From Shigella phage vB_SsoM_113, in sequence record LR746311: DNA of 64,000 nucleotides. One strand, given 5' to 3'. A program made the translations under genes and the position numbers. Each line of letters opens with the position of its first letter. Position 1 is the first letter of the stretch. Shown piece by piece: positions 27,871 to 38,326 of the stretch. Below the pieces are notes generated by a model. That model ran no database searches and was not told the DNA's origin. It saw only the letters and a program-made list of their open reading frames with translations.

Positions 27871-29186
27871 CATTTGATGATTTGACCGAAGGCCAGAAAA
27901 ATGCCTTTAACATCGTTATGAGGGCTATTAAAGAAAAGAAACATCATGTAACTATTAATGGACCTGCTGGTACTGGTAAGACTACTCTTACTAAGTTCAT
28001 CATTGAAGCTTTAATATCTACAGGCGAAACTGGCATTATTTTAGCAGCTCCTACTCATGCAGCTAAAAAGATTCTTTCAAAACTATCAGGGAAAGAAGCG
28101 AGTACTATTCACAGTATTCTCAAAATTAACCCGGTAACATATGAAGAAAACGTTCTTTTTGAACAAAAAGAAGTACCGGATTTAGCTAAATGTAGAGTAT
28201 TAATCTGCGACGAAGTGTCAATGTATGATAGAAAGCTATTTAAAATTCTGCTTTCAACTATCCCGCCGTGGTGTACTATAATTGGAATAGGCGATAATAA
28301 GCAAATTAGACCTGTTGACCCAGGAGAAAACACTGCTTATATCAGTCCATTCTTTACACACAAAGATTTTTATCAGTGTGAACTCACTGAAGTTAAACGC
28401 AGTAATGCTCCTATTATTGATGTAGCTACTGATGTTCGCAACGGTAAGTGGATTTATGATAAAGTTGTTGACGGGCATGGAGTACGTGGATTTACTGGTG
28501 ATACCGCTTTACGCGATTTTATGGTAAATTATTTTTCAATCGTAAAATCACTAGATGATTTGTTTGAAAATCGCGTAATGGCATTTACGAATAAATCTGT
28601 CGACAAGTTAAATAGCATTATTCGCAAAAAGATTTTTGAAACTGATAAAGATTTTATTGTCGGTGAAATTATTGTAATGCAGGAACCATTAATTAAAACA
28701 TATAAAATTGATGGAAAGCCTGTGTCAGAAATTATTTTTAATAACGGACAATTAGTTCGTATTATAGAAGCAGAGTATACATCAACATTTGTTAAAGCTC
28801 GTGGTGTTCCTGGAGAATATCTAATTCGTCATTGGGATTTAACAGTAGAAACTTACGGCGATGATGAATATTATCGTGAAAAGATTAAAATAATTTCATC
28901 TGATGAAGAGCTGTATAAGTTTAACTTATTTTTAGGTAAAACGGCAGAAACTTATAAAAATTGGAATAAAGGTGGAAAAGCTTCATGGAGTGATTTTTGG
29001 GATGCTAAATCACAGTTTAGTAAAGTGAAAGCACTTCCTGCATCAACATTCCACAAAGCTCAGGGCATGTCTGTAGACCGTGCTTTCATCTATACACCTT
29101 GTATTCATTATGCAGATGCTGAATTGGCTCAGCAGCTTCTTTATGTTGGTGTCACTCGTGGTCGTTATGATGTGTTTTATGTGTGA
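27867..29186 (+). CDS. dda: Dda DNA helicase (SF1)
   Basis: 439 aa, Walker A GPAGTGKT, recognised as T4 Dda. Confidence 0.95.
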   Translation: MTFDDLTEGQKNAFNIVMRAIKEKKHHVTINGPAGTGKTTLTKFIIEALISTGETGIILAAPTHAAKKILSKLSGKEASTIHSILKINPVTYEENVLFEQKEVPDLAKCRVLICDEVSMYDRKLFKILLSTIPPWCTIIGIGDNKQIRPVDPGENTAYISPFFTHKDFYQCELTEVKRSNAPIIDVATDVRNGKWIYDKVVDGHGVRGFTGDTALRDFMVNYFSIVKSLDDLFENRVMAFTNKSVDKLNSIIRKKIFETDKDFIVGEIIVMQEPLIKTYKIDGKPVSEIIFNNGQLVRIIEAEYTSTFVKARGVPGEYLIRHWDLTVETYGDDEYYREKIKIISSDEELYKFNLFLGKTAETYKNWNKGGKASWSDFWDAKSQFSKVKALPASTFHKAQGMSVDRAFIYTPCIHYADAELAQQLLYVGVTRGRYDVFYV

Positions 29187-29192
29187 GGATAT

Positions 29193-29453
29193 ATGATTAA
29201 CATCAATTCAAAATATTTAAATCGTCTAATAGATGGTATAAAGAAGCATACTGATAAGCAAGATAACCTCAGTGTTATGATAACAGGAGCTGAGCTCCTT
29301 TATAAGCTTAATCTTATAAGTGATACTATACTAGCAATTAAACGAATTGAAAAACAATCATATCATAGTAATACAGACACGGTAATTACGCTAGATGAAA
29401 GTGTCTGTAAGCTGCTGATTAAATTTGAGGAAGCTATTCGTGGAAATAACTAA
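29193..29453 (+). CDS. hypothetical protein (86 aa)
   Basis: GTGAGGA RBS, ATG 29193. Confidence 0.5.
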   Translation: MININSKYLNRLIDGIKKHTDKQDNLSVMITGAELLYKLNLISDTILAIKRIEKQSYHSNTDTVITLDESVCKLLIKFEEAIRGNN

Positions 29454-29685
29454 AGATCAGTTTTATCTTCTTCAAGATAAAGTAAGCGAAATTTATGAAA
29501 TATCTTATAGTAAAAATTATGAAACTGTAAAAATTGAGTCTAGTAAGTTAATGCTTCAATTGGAAGAAATTGAACGAGATTTGACTGCGTTAGAATTCTT
29601 TTGCGGTAGAGTGAAAACTGTCACAATCAGTGATTATATTTTAGGTGAAATTAGCCATCTTTATAAGGCGATTATTAATGTTTGA
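29440..29685 (+). CDS. hypothetical protein (about 81 aa), start uncertain (GTG 29440 or TTG 29425)
   Basis: GAGGAAG RBS 6 nt before GTG. Confidence 0.4.
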   Translation: MEITKDQFYLLQDKVSEIYEISYSKNYETVKIESSKLMLQLEEIERDLTALEFFCGRVKTVTISDYILGEISHLYKAIINV

Positions 29686-30361
29686 TTTTATTATAGATTT
29701 TGAAACAATGGGAAGCGGTGAAAAGGCAGCTGTTATTGATTTGGCTGTTATTGCCTTTGACCCTAATCCAGAAGTAGTTGAAACATTTGATGAATTAGTT
29801 TCACGTGGCATTAAAATCAAATTTGATTTAAAAAGCCAAAAAGGACATCGTCTTTTTACTAAAAGCACTATCGAATGGTGGAAAAATCAGTCTCCTGAAG
29901 CTCGAAAAAATATTGCACCATCAGATGAAGATGTAAGCACCATCGATGGTATTGTAAAATTTAATGATTATATCAATGCACATAACATCGATCCTTGGAA
30001 ATCTCAGGGCTGGTGCCGTGGAATGTCGTTTGATTTTCCAATTTTAGTCGATCTCATTCGCGATATTCAACGTCTTAACGGCGTTTCCGAGAATGAGCTT
30101 GACACATTTAAGTTAGAACCTTGTAAATTCTGGAATCAGCGTGATATTCGTACCAGAATTGAAGCACTTCTGCTTGTTCGTGATATGACCACATGTCCTC
30201 TTCCAAAGGGAACTTTAGATGGATTCGTTGCACATGATTCTATTCATGACTGTGCGAAAGACATCCTGATGATGAAGTATGCTTTGCGGTATGCTATGGG
30301 TCTTGAAGATGCTCCGTCAGAGGAAGAGTGCGATCCTCTGTCTCTTCCAACAAAACGATAA
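29678..30361 (+). CDS. dexA: exonuclease A (DexA)
   Basis: 227 aa from ATG 29678 (MFDFIIDFETMGSG), DEDD-type exonuclease motif. Confidence 0.9.
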   Translation: MFDFIIDFETMGSGEKAAVIDLAVIAFDPNPEVVETFDELVSRGIKIKFDLKSQKGHRLFTKSTIEWWKNQSPEARKNIAPSDEDVSTIDGIVKFNDYINAHNIDPWKSQGWCRGMSFDFPILVDLIRDIQRLNGVSENELDTFKLEPCKFWNQRDIRTRIEALLLVRDMTTCPLPKGTLDGFVAHDSIHDCAKDILMMKYALRYAMGLEDAPSEEECDPLSLPTKR

Positions 30362-30384
30362 AAAGTAGCTATTTTGAATTAATA

Positions 30385-30414
30385 GTTTACAAACTCTTGG
30401 GACCAGAGTATAAT
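30385..30414 (+). promoter_or_regulatory. T4-type early promoter with the -10 hexamer inside a hairpin loop
   Basis: GTTTAC 30385-30390, TATAAT 30409-30414 flanked by gggacc/ggtccc inverted repeat. Confidence 0.55.
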
Positions 30415-30458
30415 GGTCCCGTGGAGTATAAAATCTTTTTAACAAGTGAGAGATAACT

Positions 30459-30956
30459 ATGATTATTAATATTGGTGAAATTGCTCGTGTATCTGATAAA
30501 TCCCGTTCTAAAGCAACAGGAAAATTGGTTGAAATTGTAAGCATTCAGCTTAAACATGGTGTTAAAGATGAAGATTCTGAAGTAAAAGTGCGTATCATTC
30601 CTAAAGATGGAAAGTCTAAACCTCAGTTTGGCTATGTTCGTGCGAAATTTCTTGAATCTGCGTTTTTGAAAGCTGTTCCTGCTAAAGGAATTGAAACGAT
30701 TGATACTTCGCACGTAGGTGTAGACTTTAAGTGGAAACTCGGTCAAGCTATTAAGTTCGTTGCTCCTTATGAATTCGAATTTACTGAAGATGAGGAAGGG
30801 GTTGTTCAAAAACACCGTACTCGCGCTATGTGTGCATACATTACCGATCAGTGGGTAGAAGATGGCGTTAAGTTGTACAACGCGGTATTTTTAGGAACAT
30901 ACAAAGTCATTCCTGAAAGTTGGATTAAACACTATAGCAAAGCCCGCTATGCATAA
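30459..30956 (+). CDS. hypothetical basic protein (165 aa; possibly MotB-like by position)
   Basis: ATG ORF after early promoter. Confidence 0.5.
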   Translation: MIINIGEIARVSDKSRSKATGKLVEIVSIQLKHGVKDEDSEVKVRIIPKDGKSKPQFGYVRAKFLESAFLKAVPAKGIETIDTSHVGVDFKWKLGQAIKFVAPYEFEFTEDEEGVVQKHRTRAMCAYITDQWVEDGVKLYNAVFLGTYKVIPESWIKHYSKARYA

Positions 30957-31053
30957 AGTTTAAAATTTTTTCATAAAACTATATACATCGGTAGTTGATT
31001 ATGGTACTATATCAATATCAACTACTGATACAGAAAACAACTTGGAGAATAAA

Positions 31054-31323
31054 ATGGAAAATTTAATTATCATCGAACAATCTTTCAACGATTATGGTAT
31101 GGCTTACGGTTATCGTGCGATAATGGAAGATTCTCGTGGATGTGTTATCGATATTGCAGAATGCAAAGATTTACTGCAGCTTTTGAAGATTGTTCGCAAA
31201 AATTGGGATTGTGAAAACATTAAAGCTCGTGTTGTAACGGAAGAAGAAACTGTTTTTCATGATGTAAAATTCGCCAAAGGTGCTGCTACTCTTCTGAAAC
31301 GCATCGCTCCACTGTTCAATTAA
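31054..31323 (+). CDS. hypothetical protein (89 aa)
   Basis: GGAG RBS, ATG 31054. Confidence 0.5.
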   Translation: MENLIIIEQSFNDYGMAYGYRAIMEDSRGCVIDIAECKDLLQLLKIVRKNWDCENIKARVVTEEETVFHDVKFAKGAATLLKRIAPLFN

Positions 31324-31336
31324 TGAGGAAATTGTA

Positions 31337-31552
31337 ATGAAACGTAAAACTGTTCAGAAATGCACTAATGACGAATTTGAAGATGTATTATTCGATCCAG
31401 ATTTGGTAGTAGTTCAAAAGGAACACACTGCTAAGTTTACTCACTTGACTTCGGTTTATGTGTATGAAAAGGTTGGTGATAAACACCCTATTTACGGTGT
31501 ATTCCGTGAAATTACTGAAGATGGCACAACTTACTGGAAGGAAATTTATTAA
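31337..31552 (+). CDS. hypothetical protein (71 aa)
   Basis: GAGGAA RBS. Confidence 0.5.
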   Translation: MKRKTVQKCTNDEFEDVLFDPDLVVVQKEHTAKFTHLTSVYVYEKVGDKHPIYGVFREITEDGTTYWKEIY

Positions 31553-31965
31553 TGGCTATTAAATTTGAAGTTAATAAATGGTATCAATTTAAAAATAAAC
31601 AAGCTCAAGAAGCTTTTATTGAAGACCATGCTGAGAATAAAATTTATGCAAAACGTTTAGGTATGCAACCTTTTAAAATCTTGGATGTTGATTCTCTTCA
31701 AACTCCAACTAAAATTATGACATCTAACGAAACACTATTTTTATATAGAGATACTTGCGATGAAAATTATATTTGTCTTTTAGCGGACGATGCAGAGTTC
31801 TTTGATGAAGTGGAAAATCCATATCAGGCAGCTGAAGAGCAAGAGCAGGAAGAGCAAGAACAAATAGAAGATTTCACAGAATTTCCTGTCATGAAAGTTA
31901 CTATTGAAAATAATGAACAGGCATGGTCCTTGTATCAGATGTTGAAAGCACACTTTAAGGAATAA
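31552..31965 (+). CDS. hypothetical protein (137 aa) with acidic EQEQEEQEQ tract
   Basis: TAATG-coupled ORF. Confidence 0.5.
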   Translation: MAIKFEVNKWYQFKNKQAQEAFIEDHAENKIYAKRLGMQPFKILDVDSLQTPTKIMTSNETLFLYRDTCDENYICLLADDAEFFDEVENPYQAAEEQEQEEQEQIEDFTEFPVMKVTIENNEQAWSLYQMLKAHFKE

Positions 31966-31967
31966 TT

Positions 31968-32111
31968 ATGCCAATGTATGATTATAAATGCCAATCCGAA
32001 GATTGCGGGCATGAATATGAAAAAATTAAAAAGATTTCTGAACGAGAAAATGATGTTTGCCCAAATGTCATCGTCTGTCTACTCGTCGGCCTTCTGCTCC
32101 TAAGCATGTGA
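31968..32111 (+). CDS. small Cys-containing protein (47 aa), zinc-ribbon-like N-terminus plus hydrophobic tail
   Basis: AAGGA RBS; MPMYDYKCQSEDCGHEYE ... VCPNVIVC; not in track. Confidence 0.3.
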   Translation: MPMYDYKCQSEDCGHEYEKIKKISERENDVCPNVIVCLLVGLLLLSM

Positions 32112-32145
32112 ATGGTGGATTTTACGACTTACTTAAAGGGTGATT

Positions 32146-32517
32146 ATGTTTAAAATCGGTAAGAAATATCGCATTCGCGAAGGTGAAGAAAAGAAATATC
32201 TATTTTCTGCTATTTATAGGAATGGTTCTATTAGTAATGTAATATCTACAAGCGAATTTATCGTTGAAGATATGAAAGGTAATAATGTTACAATGATTAG
32301 TACAGCATCTGGAAATGACGGAAAAATTCTTCACAGTTTTCAGAGTAATGTTCTAATATATGATGAAGAATTTGACCTATTCGAAGAAGTCCCCGAAGGT
32401 TTTGATTTTGAATGCACTATTACTATGAAATCCGGCGATCCTCTTTCTTTTACAGTTAAAGATGAAAGAAGTCGCTTGAGAATTATTAGTCTTCTTCAAG
32501 CCATTAAATTTGAGTGA
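32146..32517 (+). CDS. hypothetical protein (123 aa)
   Basis: AGGGTGA RBS before ATG 32146. Confidence 0.5.
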   Translation: MFKIGKKYRIREGEEKKYLFSAIYRNGSISNVISTSEFIVEDMKGNNVTMISTASGNDGKILHSFQSNVLIYDEEFDLFEEVPEGFDFECTITMKSGDPLSFTVKDERSRLRIISLLQAIKFE

Positions 32518-32521
32518 AATT

Positions 32522-32782
32522 ATGAAATATATTAATCGTTCTATCGCAGCATTAGTATTAGCAGTGTCTTTAGCAGGATGTACTGATGCTGATAATGCAA
32601 CCAAAGTTTTGTCTTCAAGCGGTTTTACTAATATTGAAATCACTGGATACAATTGGTTCGGTTGCTCTGAAAATGATTTCCAACATACTGGATTTCGTGC
32701 TATTGGACCTACTGGGCAGAAAGTAGAAGGAACCGTATGTTCTGGTCTATTCTTCAAGGATTCGACTATCCGTTTTAAATAA
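32522..32782 (+). CDS. putative lipoprotein (86 aa)
   Basis: signal peptide with lipobox LAGC. Confidence 0.5.
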   Translation: MKYINRSIAALVLAVSLAGCTDADNATKVLSSSGFTNIEITGYNWFGCSENDFQHTGFRAIGPTGQKVEGTVCSGLFFKDSTIRFK

Positions 32783-32798
32783 AAGGCCTTCGGGCCTT
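32783..32798 (+). terminator. UUCG-tetraloop hairpin (aaggccttcgggcctt)
   Basis: perfect stem 1 nt after stop. Confidence 0.45.
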
Positions 32799-32799
32799 T

Positions 32800-32824
32800 A
32801 GCTTTATGATTACCGGAGTATAAT
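32800..32824 (+). promoter_or_regulatory. middle-promoter-like element upstream of gene 39
   Basis: AGCTTTA 32800-32806, 12-nt spacer, TATAAT 32819-32824. Confidence 0.4.
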
Positions 32825-32851
32825 ATTCCCGAAACCAAACGAGGATAAGTG

Positions 32852-34669
32852 ATGATTAAGAATGAAATTAAAATTCTGAGCGATATTGAACATATCAAAA
32901 AGCGTAGCGGCATGTATATTGGCTCTTCTGCTAATGAAATGCATGAGCGCTTTCTGTTTGGTAAATGGGAAAGTGTTCAGTATGTACCTGGTCTTGTTAA
33001 GCTTATTGATGAAATTATCGATAACTCAGTAGATGAAGGTATTCGTACTAAGTTTAAATTCGCGAATAAAATTAATGTTACTATCAAAAACAGCCAAGTA
33101 ACAGTTGAAGATAACGGTCGTGGTATTCCACAGGCAATGGTTAAAACACCTACCGGTGAAGAAATTCCTGGTCCTGTTGCTGCCTGGACTATTCCAAAAG
33201 CAGGTGGTAACTTTGGTGATGATAAAGAACGCGTCACTGGCGGTATGAACGGCGTTGGTTCTAGTTTAACTAACATTTTTTCTGTTATGTTTGTCGGTGA
33301 AACTGGCGACGGTCAAAATAATATTGTAGTTCGTTGTTCAAATGGCATGGAAAATAAATCATGGGAAGATATTCCTGGAAAATGGAAAGGAACTCGTGTT
33401 ACTTTCATTCCCGATTTTATGTCATTTGAAACTAATGAGCTATCTCAAGTTTATCTTGACATTACACTGGATCGTCTCCAGACACTTGCAGTAGTTTATC
33501 CTGATATTCAATTTACCTTTAATGGTAAAAAGGTTCAAGGTAATTTTAAGAAATATGCACGCCAATATGATGAGCATGCTATTGTTCAAGAACAAGAAAA
33601 TTGTTCTATTGCTGTTGGTCGTTCACCTGATGGTTTTCGTCAATTAACATACGTCAATAACATTCATACTAAGAATGGTGGCCATCATATTGACTGCGTT
33701 ATGGATGATATTTGTGAAGACCTTATTCCACAAATCAAACGTAAGTTCAAAATTGATGTAACTAAAGCACGTGTTAAAGAATGTTTGACTATCGTCATGT
33801 TTGTTCGTGATATGAAAAACATGCGATTTGATTCTCAAACTAAAGAGCGTTTGACTTCTCCATTTGGTGAAATTCGCAGTCATATTCAGCTTGATGCTAA
33901 AAAGATTTCACGTGCTATTTTAAATAATGAAGCAATTTTAATGCCAATTATTGAAGCTGCTTTGGCTCGTAAATTGGCGGCAGAAAAGGCAGCAGAAACT
34001 AAAGCAGCTAAAAAGGCTTCTAAAGCTAAGGTTCATAAACATATTAAAGCGAATCTTTGTGGTAAAGATGCTGATACTACTCTTTTCTTGACTGAGGGCG
34101 ATTCTGCTATCGGATATCTTATTGATGTTCGTGATAAAGAACTTCATGGTGGTTATCCATTGCGTGGTAAAGTTCTCAACAGTTGGGGTATGTCATATGC
34201 TGATATGCTTAAAAACAAAGAACTGTTTGATATTTGCGCAATCACTGGATTAGTTCTTGGTGAAAAGGCTGAAAACTTGAATTATCATAATATTGCTATT
34301 ATGACCGATGCTGATCACGATGGTCTAGGAAGCATTTATCCTTCTCTGCTCGGATTTTTTAGTAATTGGCCAGAACTGTTTGAACAAGGAAGAATTCGCT
34401 TCGTCAAAACTCCCGTAATCATCGCTCAGGTCGGTAAAAAACAAGAATGGTTTTATACAGTCGCTGAATATGAGAGTGCCAAAGATGCTCTACCTAAACA
34501 TAGCATCCGTTATATTAAGGGACTTGGCTCTTTGGAAAAATCTGAATATCGTGAGATGATTCAAAATCCGGTATATGATGTTGTTAAACTTCCTGAGAAC
34601 TGGAAAGAGCTTTTTGAAATGCTCATGGGGGATAATGCTGACCTTCGTAAAGAATGGATGAGCCAGTAG
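32852..34669 (+). CDS. 39: DNA topoisomerase II ATPase subunit gp39, uninterrupted (includes the region T4 encodes separately as gp60)
   Basis: 605 aa; GHKL ATPase and Toprim motifs; C-terminal 120 aa match gp60. Confidence 0.93.
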   Translation: MIKNEIKILSDIEHIKKRSGMYIGSSANEMHERFLFGKWESVQYVPGLVKLIDEIIDNSVDEGIRTKFKFANKINVTIKNSQVTVEDNGRGIPQAMVKTPTGEEIPGPVAAWTIPKAGGNFGDDKERVTGGMNGVGSSLTNIFSVMFVGETGDGQNNIVVRCSNGMENKSWEDIPGKWKGTRVTFIPDFMSFETNELSQVYLDITLDRLQTLAVVYPDIQFTFNGKKVQGNFKKYARQYDEHAIVQEQENCSIAVGRSPDGFRQLTYVNNIHTKNGGHHIDCVMDDICEDLIPQIKRKFKIDVTKARVKECLTIVMFVRDMKNMRFDSQTKERLTSPFGEIRSHIQLDAKKISRAILNNEAILMPIIEAALARKLAAEKAAETKAAKKASKAKVHKHIKANLCGKDADTTLFLTEGDSAIGYLIDVRDKELHGGYPLRGKVLNSWGMSYADMLKNKELFDICAITGLVLGEKAENLNYHNIAIMTDADHDGLGSIYPSLLGFFSNWPELFEQGRIRFVKTPVIIAQVGKKQEWFYTVAEYESAKDALPKHSIRYIKGLGSLEKSEYREMIQNPVYDVVKLPENWKELFEMLMGDNADLRKEWMSQ

Positions 34670-34698
34670 TTTACTTTACCACAAGGATGTGGTATAAT
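34669..34698 (+). promoter_or_regulatory. T4-type early promoter
   Basis: GTTTAC 34669-34674, 18-nt spacer, TATAAT 34693-34698. Confidence 0.55.
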
Positions 34699-34723
34699 TA
34701 ATTGGGCAAATGAGGATATTGAA

Positions 34724-34927
34724 ATGAAATCATATAGAGTAAATTTAGAACTTTTTGATAAAGCAGTTCATCGAGAATATAGAATCATTCAACGCTTTTT
34801 CGATATGGGAGAAGCCGAAGAGTTTAAAAACCGCTTTAAGGATATTAGAGATAAAATTCAATCCGACACTGCAACTAAAGATGAACTACTAGAAGTTGCT
34901 GAAGTTATTAAACGTAATATGAATTAA
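34724..34927 (+). CDS. hypothetical protein (67 aa) upstream of rIIA
   Basis: GAGGA RBS. Confidence 0.6.
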   Translation: MKSYRVNLELFDKAVHREYRIIQRFFDMGEAEEFKNRFKDIRDKIQSDTATKDELLEVAEVIKRNMN

Positions 34928-34937
34928 TGAGGAAATT

Positions 34938-37115
34938 ATGATTATCACCACTGAAAAAGAAACAATTCTTGGTAATGGTTCTAAATCAAAAGCATTTAGC
35001 ATCACAGCATCTCCTAAAGTATTTAAAATTCTGTCATCTGATTTGTATACAAACAAGATTCGCGCAGTAGTCCGTGAATTGATTACCAACATGATTGATG
35101 CCCATGCTCTCAATGGAAATCCTGAAAAATTTATCATTCAAGTTCCAGGACGATTAGATCCGCGATTTGTTTGTCGAGATTTTGGTCCGGGTATGAGCGA
35201 TTTTGATATTCAAGGTGATGATAATTCTCCTGGGTTGTATAATTCATACTTTAGTTCATCTAAGGCTGAATCTAACGATTTCATTGGCGGATTTGGTTTA
35301 GGTTCTAAATCTCCGTTTAGTTATACTGATACATTTAGTATTACTTCATATCATAAAGGCGAAATTCGTGGTTATGTAGCTTACATGGATGGTGATGGTC
35401 CGCAGATTAAACCTACATTCGTAAAAGAAATGGGTCCAGATGATAAAACTGGTATTGAAATCGTAGTTCCAGTTGAAGAAAAAGACTTTAGAAACTTTGC
35501 TTATGAAGTTTCTTATATCATGCGACCATTCAAAGATTTAGCTATCATTAATGGTCTTGACCGCGAAATTGATTATTTTCCAGATTTTGATGACTATTAC
35601 GGCGTAAATCCAGAAAGATACTGGCCAGATCGTGGTGGATTGTATGCTATCTATGGTGGTATTGTTTATCCTATCGATGGTGTTATTAGAGACCGTAACT
35701 GGTTAAGCATCCGCAATGAAGTGAATTACATTAAGTTTCCAATGGGTTCACTTGATATTGCTCCATCACGCGAAGCTCTTTCATTGGATGATCGTACTCG
35801 TAAAAATATTATTGAGCGTGTTAAAGAGCTTAGTGAGAAGGCATTCAATGAAGATGTAAAACGATTTAAAGAATCTACATCTCCTCGTCATACATACCGT
35901 GAATTGATGAAGATGGGATATTCTGCTCGAGATTATATGATTAGTAATTCAGTCAAATTTACGACTAAAAATCTGTCATATAAGAAGATGCAAAGCATGT
36001 TTGAACCCGACAGTAAGTTATGCAATGCAGGAGTTGTGTATGAAGTAAATCTTGACCCTCGACTGAAACGCATTAAGCAAAGTCATGAAACTTCGGCCGT
36101 TGCATCAAGTTATCGTCTATTTGGTATTAATACAACAAAAATTAATATTGTTATTGATAATATTAAAAATCGTGTTAATATTGTCCGTGGATTAGCACAT
36201 GCATTAGATGATAGTGAATTTAATAACACTTTGAATATTCATCACAATGAGCGTCTTCTGTTTATTAATCCGGAAGTAGAATCGCAGATTGATTTACTCC
36301 CTGATATTATGGCAATGTTTGAAAGTGATGAAGTTAACATTCATTATTTGTCAGAAATTGAAGCTTTAGTTAAAAGTTATATTCCGAAGGTAGTTAAAAG
36401 TAAAGCTCCTCGTCCTAAAGCTGCTACTGCATTTAAGTTTGAAATTAAAGACGGACGCTGGGAAAAAGAGGAACTGTTTACACTCACATCAGAAGCAGAT
36501 GAAATTACTGGTTATGTAGCATATATGCATCGTTCTGATATTTTCTCTATGGATGGTACTACATCGCTTTGTCATCCATCTACGAGTATTTTGACTCGTA
36601 TGGCTAATCTTATTGGCATTAATGAATTTTATGTTATTCGTCCGCTTTTGCAGAAAAAGGTAAAAGAACTTGGTCAGTGCCAATGTATTTTTGAAACTCT
36701 GCGTGATTTATATGTAGATGCTTTTGATGATGTAGATTATGATAAGTATGTAGGTTATTCAAGTTCAGCTCAGCGATATATTGATAAAATTATTAAGTAT
36801 CCTGAACTCGATTTTATGATGAAATATTTTAGTACAGATGAAGTTTCCGAAGAATATACACGACTCGGTAATATGGTTAGTTCATTGCGGGGGATATATT
36901 TCAACGGTGGAAAAGATACCATCGGTCATGACATCTGGACAGTAACTAATCTTTTTGATGTATTATCAAATAATGCTTCAAAAAACAGTGATAAAATGGT
37001 TGCTGAGTTTACCAAGAAATTCCGTATTGTTTCCGACTTCATCGGTTATCGCAACTCTTTAAGTGATGATGAAGTTTCCCAAATCGCTAAAACTATGAAG
37101 GCCCTTGCGGCCTAA
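34938..37115 (+). CDS. rIIA: rIIA protein
   Basis: 725-aa product [32 protein letters not shown], recognised as T4 rIIA. Confidence 0.95.
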   Translation: MIITTEKETILGNGSKSKAFSITASPKVFKILSSDLYTNKIRAVVRELITNMIDAHALNGNPEKFIIQVPGRLDPRFVCRDFGPGMSDFDIQGDDNSPGLYNSYFSSSKAESNDFIGGFGLGSKSPFSYTDTFSITSYHKGEIRGYVAYMDGDGPQIKPTFVKEMGPDDKTGIEIVVPVEEKDFRNFAYEVSYIMRPFKDLAIINGLDREIDYFPDFDDYYGVNPERYWPDRGGLYAIYGGIVYPIDGVIRDRNWLSIRNEVNYIKFPMGSLDIAPSREALSLDDRTRKNIIERVKELSEKAFNEDVKRFKESTSPRHTYRELMKMGYSARDYMISNSVKFTTKNLSYKKMQSMFEPDSKLCNAGVVYEVNLDPRLKRIKQSHETSAVASSYRLFGINTTKINIVIDNIKNRVNIVRGLAHALDDSEFNNTLNIHHNERLLFINPEVESQIDLLPDIMAMFESDEVNIHYLSEIEALVKSYIPKVVKSKAPRPKAATAFKFEIKDGRWEKEELFTLTSEADEITGYVAYMHRSDIFSMDGTTSLCHPSTSILTRMANLIGINEFYVIRPLLQKKVKELGQCQCIFETLRDLYVDAFDDVDYDKYVGYSSSAQRYIDKIIKYPELDFMMKYFSTDEVSEEYTRLGNMVSSLRGIYFNGGKDTIGHDIWTVTNLFDVLSNNASKNSDKMVAEFTKKFRIVSDFIGYRNSLSDDEVSQIAKTMKALAA

Positions 37116-37126
37116 TAAGGAAAATT

Positions 37127-38065
37127 ATGTACAATATTAAATGCCTGACCAAAAACGAACAAGCTGAAATCGTCAAACTGTATTCAAGCGGTAATTATAC
37201 CCAGCAGGAATTGGCTGATTGGCAAGGTGTATCGGTTGACACAATCCGTCGTGTTTTGAAAAATGCTGAAGAAGCTGAGCGCTCCAAAGTTATTATTAGC
37301 GGTGATATTACAGTTAAAGTTAATAGCGATGCAGTTATTGCTCCAGTTGCTAAATCTGACATTATTTGGAATGCATCTAAAAAATTCATTTCAATTACTG
37401 TTGACGGTGTAACTTATAACGCAACTCCTAATACTCATTCAAACTTCCAGGAAATTCTTAATCTGCTTGTTGCAGATAAATTGGAAGAAGCGGCGCAAAA
37501 AATTAACGTTCGTCGCGCTGTTGAAAAATATATTTCCGGTGATGTTCGAATTGAAGGTGGAAGCTTGTTCTATCAAAATATTGAATTGCGATCTGGTCTG
37601 GTTGATCGTATTCTCTATTCGATGGAAAAAGGCGAAAACTTTGAATTTTATTTTCCGTTCTTGGAAAATCTGTTGGAAAACCCGAGCCAAAAAGCGGTAT
37701 CTCGACTCTTTGATTTCTTGGTAGCAAACGATATTGAAATTACAGAAGATGGCTACTTCTATGCTTGGAAAGTAGTTCGCAGCAATTACTTTGACTGTCA
37801 TTCAAATACTTTTGATAACAGTCCTGGTAAAGTAGTTAAAATGCCACGTACTCGTGTGAATGACGATGATACACAAACTTGTTCTCGTGGTCTGCATGTG
37901 TGTTCTAAATCTTATATTCGTCACTTTGGTAGTTCAACCAGTCGAGTTGTAAAAGTTAAAGTGCATCCGCGTGATGTAGTATCAATTCCGATTGATTACA
38001 ACGATGCTAAAATGCGTACCTGCCAATACGAAGTAGTTGAAGACGTTACTGAACAATTTAAATAA
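37127..38065 (+). CDS. rIIB: rIIB protein
   Basis: 312-aa product MYNIKCLTKNEQAEIVKLYSSGNYTQQELADWQGVSVDT, recognised as T4 rIIB. Confidence 0.95.
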   Translation: MYNIKCLTKNEQAEIVKLYSSGNYTQQELADWQGVSVDTIRRVLKNAEEAERSKVIISGDITVKVNSDAVIAPVAKSDIIWNASKKFISITVDGVTYNATPNTHSNFQEILNLLVADKLEEAAQKINVRRAVEKYISGDVRIEGGSLFYQNIELRSGLVDRILYSMEKGENFEFYFPFLENLLENPSQKAVSRLFDFLVANDIEITEDGYFYAWKVVRSNYFDCHSNTFDNSPGKVVKMPRTRVNDDDTQTCSRGLHVCSKSYIRHFGSSTSRVVKVKVHPRDVVSIPIDYNDAKMRTCQYEVVEDVTEQFK

Positions 38066-38066
38066 G

Positions 38067-38082
38067 GGCTTCGGCCCTTAAC
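38067..38082 (+). terminator. UUCG-tetraloop hairpin (agggcttcggccctt) after rIIB
   Basis: perfect stem with TTCG loop. Confidence 0.45.
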
Positions 38083-38093
38083 TAAGGAAAATT

Positions 38094-38288
38094 ATGTTAG
38101 GTTATCAAGCACGAGTAAAAGAAGAATACGATCAATTAATGCTCAAAATTAATGCACTGAGCAAATTTTTAGAAAGTACAAAGTTTCTAACGATTAATGA
38201 AGTTGAGCAAGAATTACTGCTTTCACAGTTCATCTCAATGAAATCTTACGCAGATTGTTTAGAAAAAAGAATTGCACAATTCAAATAA
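38094..38288 (+). CDS. hypothetical protein (64 aa)
   Basis: AAGGAAA RBS. Confidence 0.5.
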   Translation: MLGYQARVKEEYDQLMLKINALSKFLESTKFLTINEVEQELLLSQFISMKSYADCLEKRIAQFK

Positions 38289-38291
38289 AAT

Positions 38292-38315
38292 AAGGGGCTT
38301 CGGCCCTTTTGTTTT
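38292..38315 (+). terminator. UUCG hairpin followed by U-rich tract
   Basis: ggggcttcggccc stem-loop then TTTTGTTTT. Confidence 0.5.
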
Positions 38316-38326
38316 AAGGAAAAATT

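Noticed and set aside
32377-32913. Minus-strand 178-aa ORF spanning the 39.x / gene 39 start region
   Set aside because: Antisense to several coupled plus-strand genes and their promoter and terminator; no translation signals.
32852-34700. Search for gene 60 translational bypass (hop) element
   Set aside because: Gene 39 is one continuous frame to its stop; no take-off/landing GGA pair with an intervening stop-containing gap is present.
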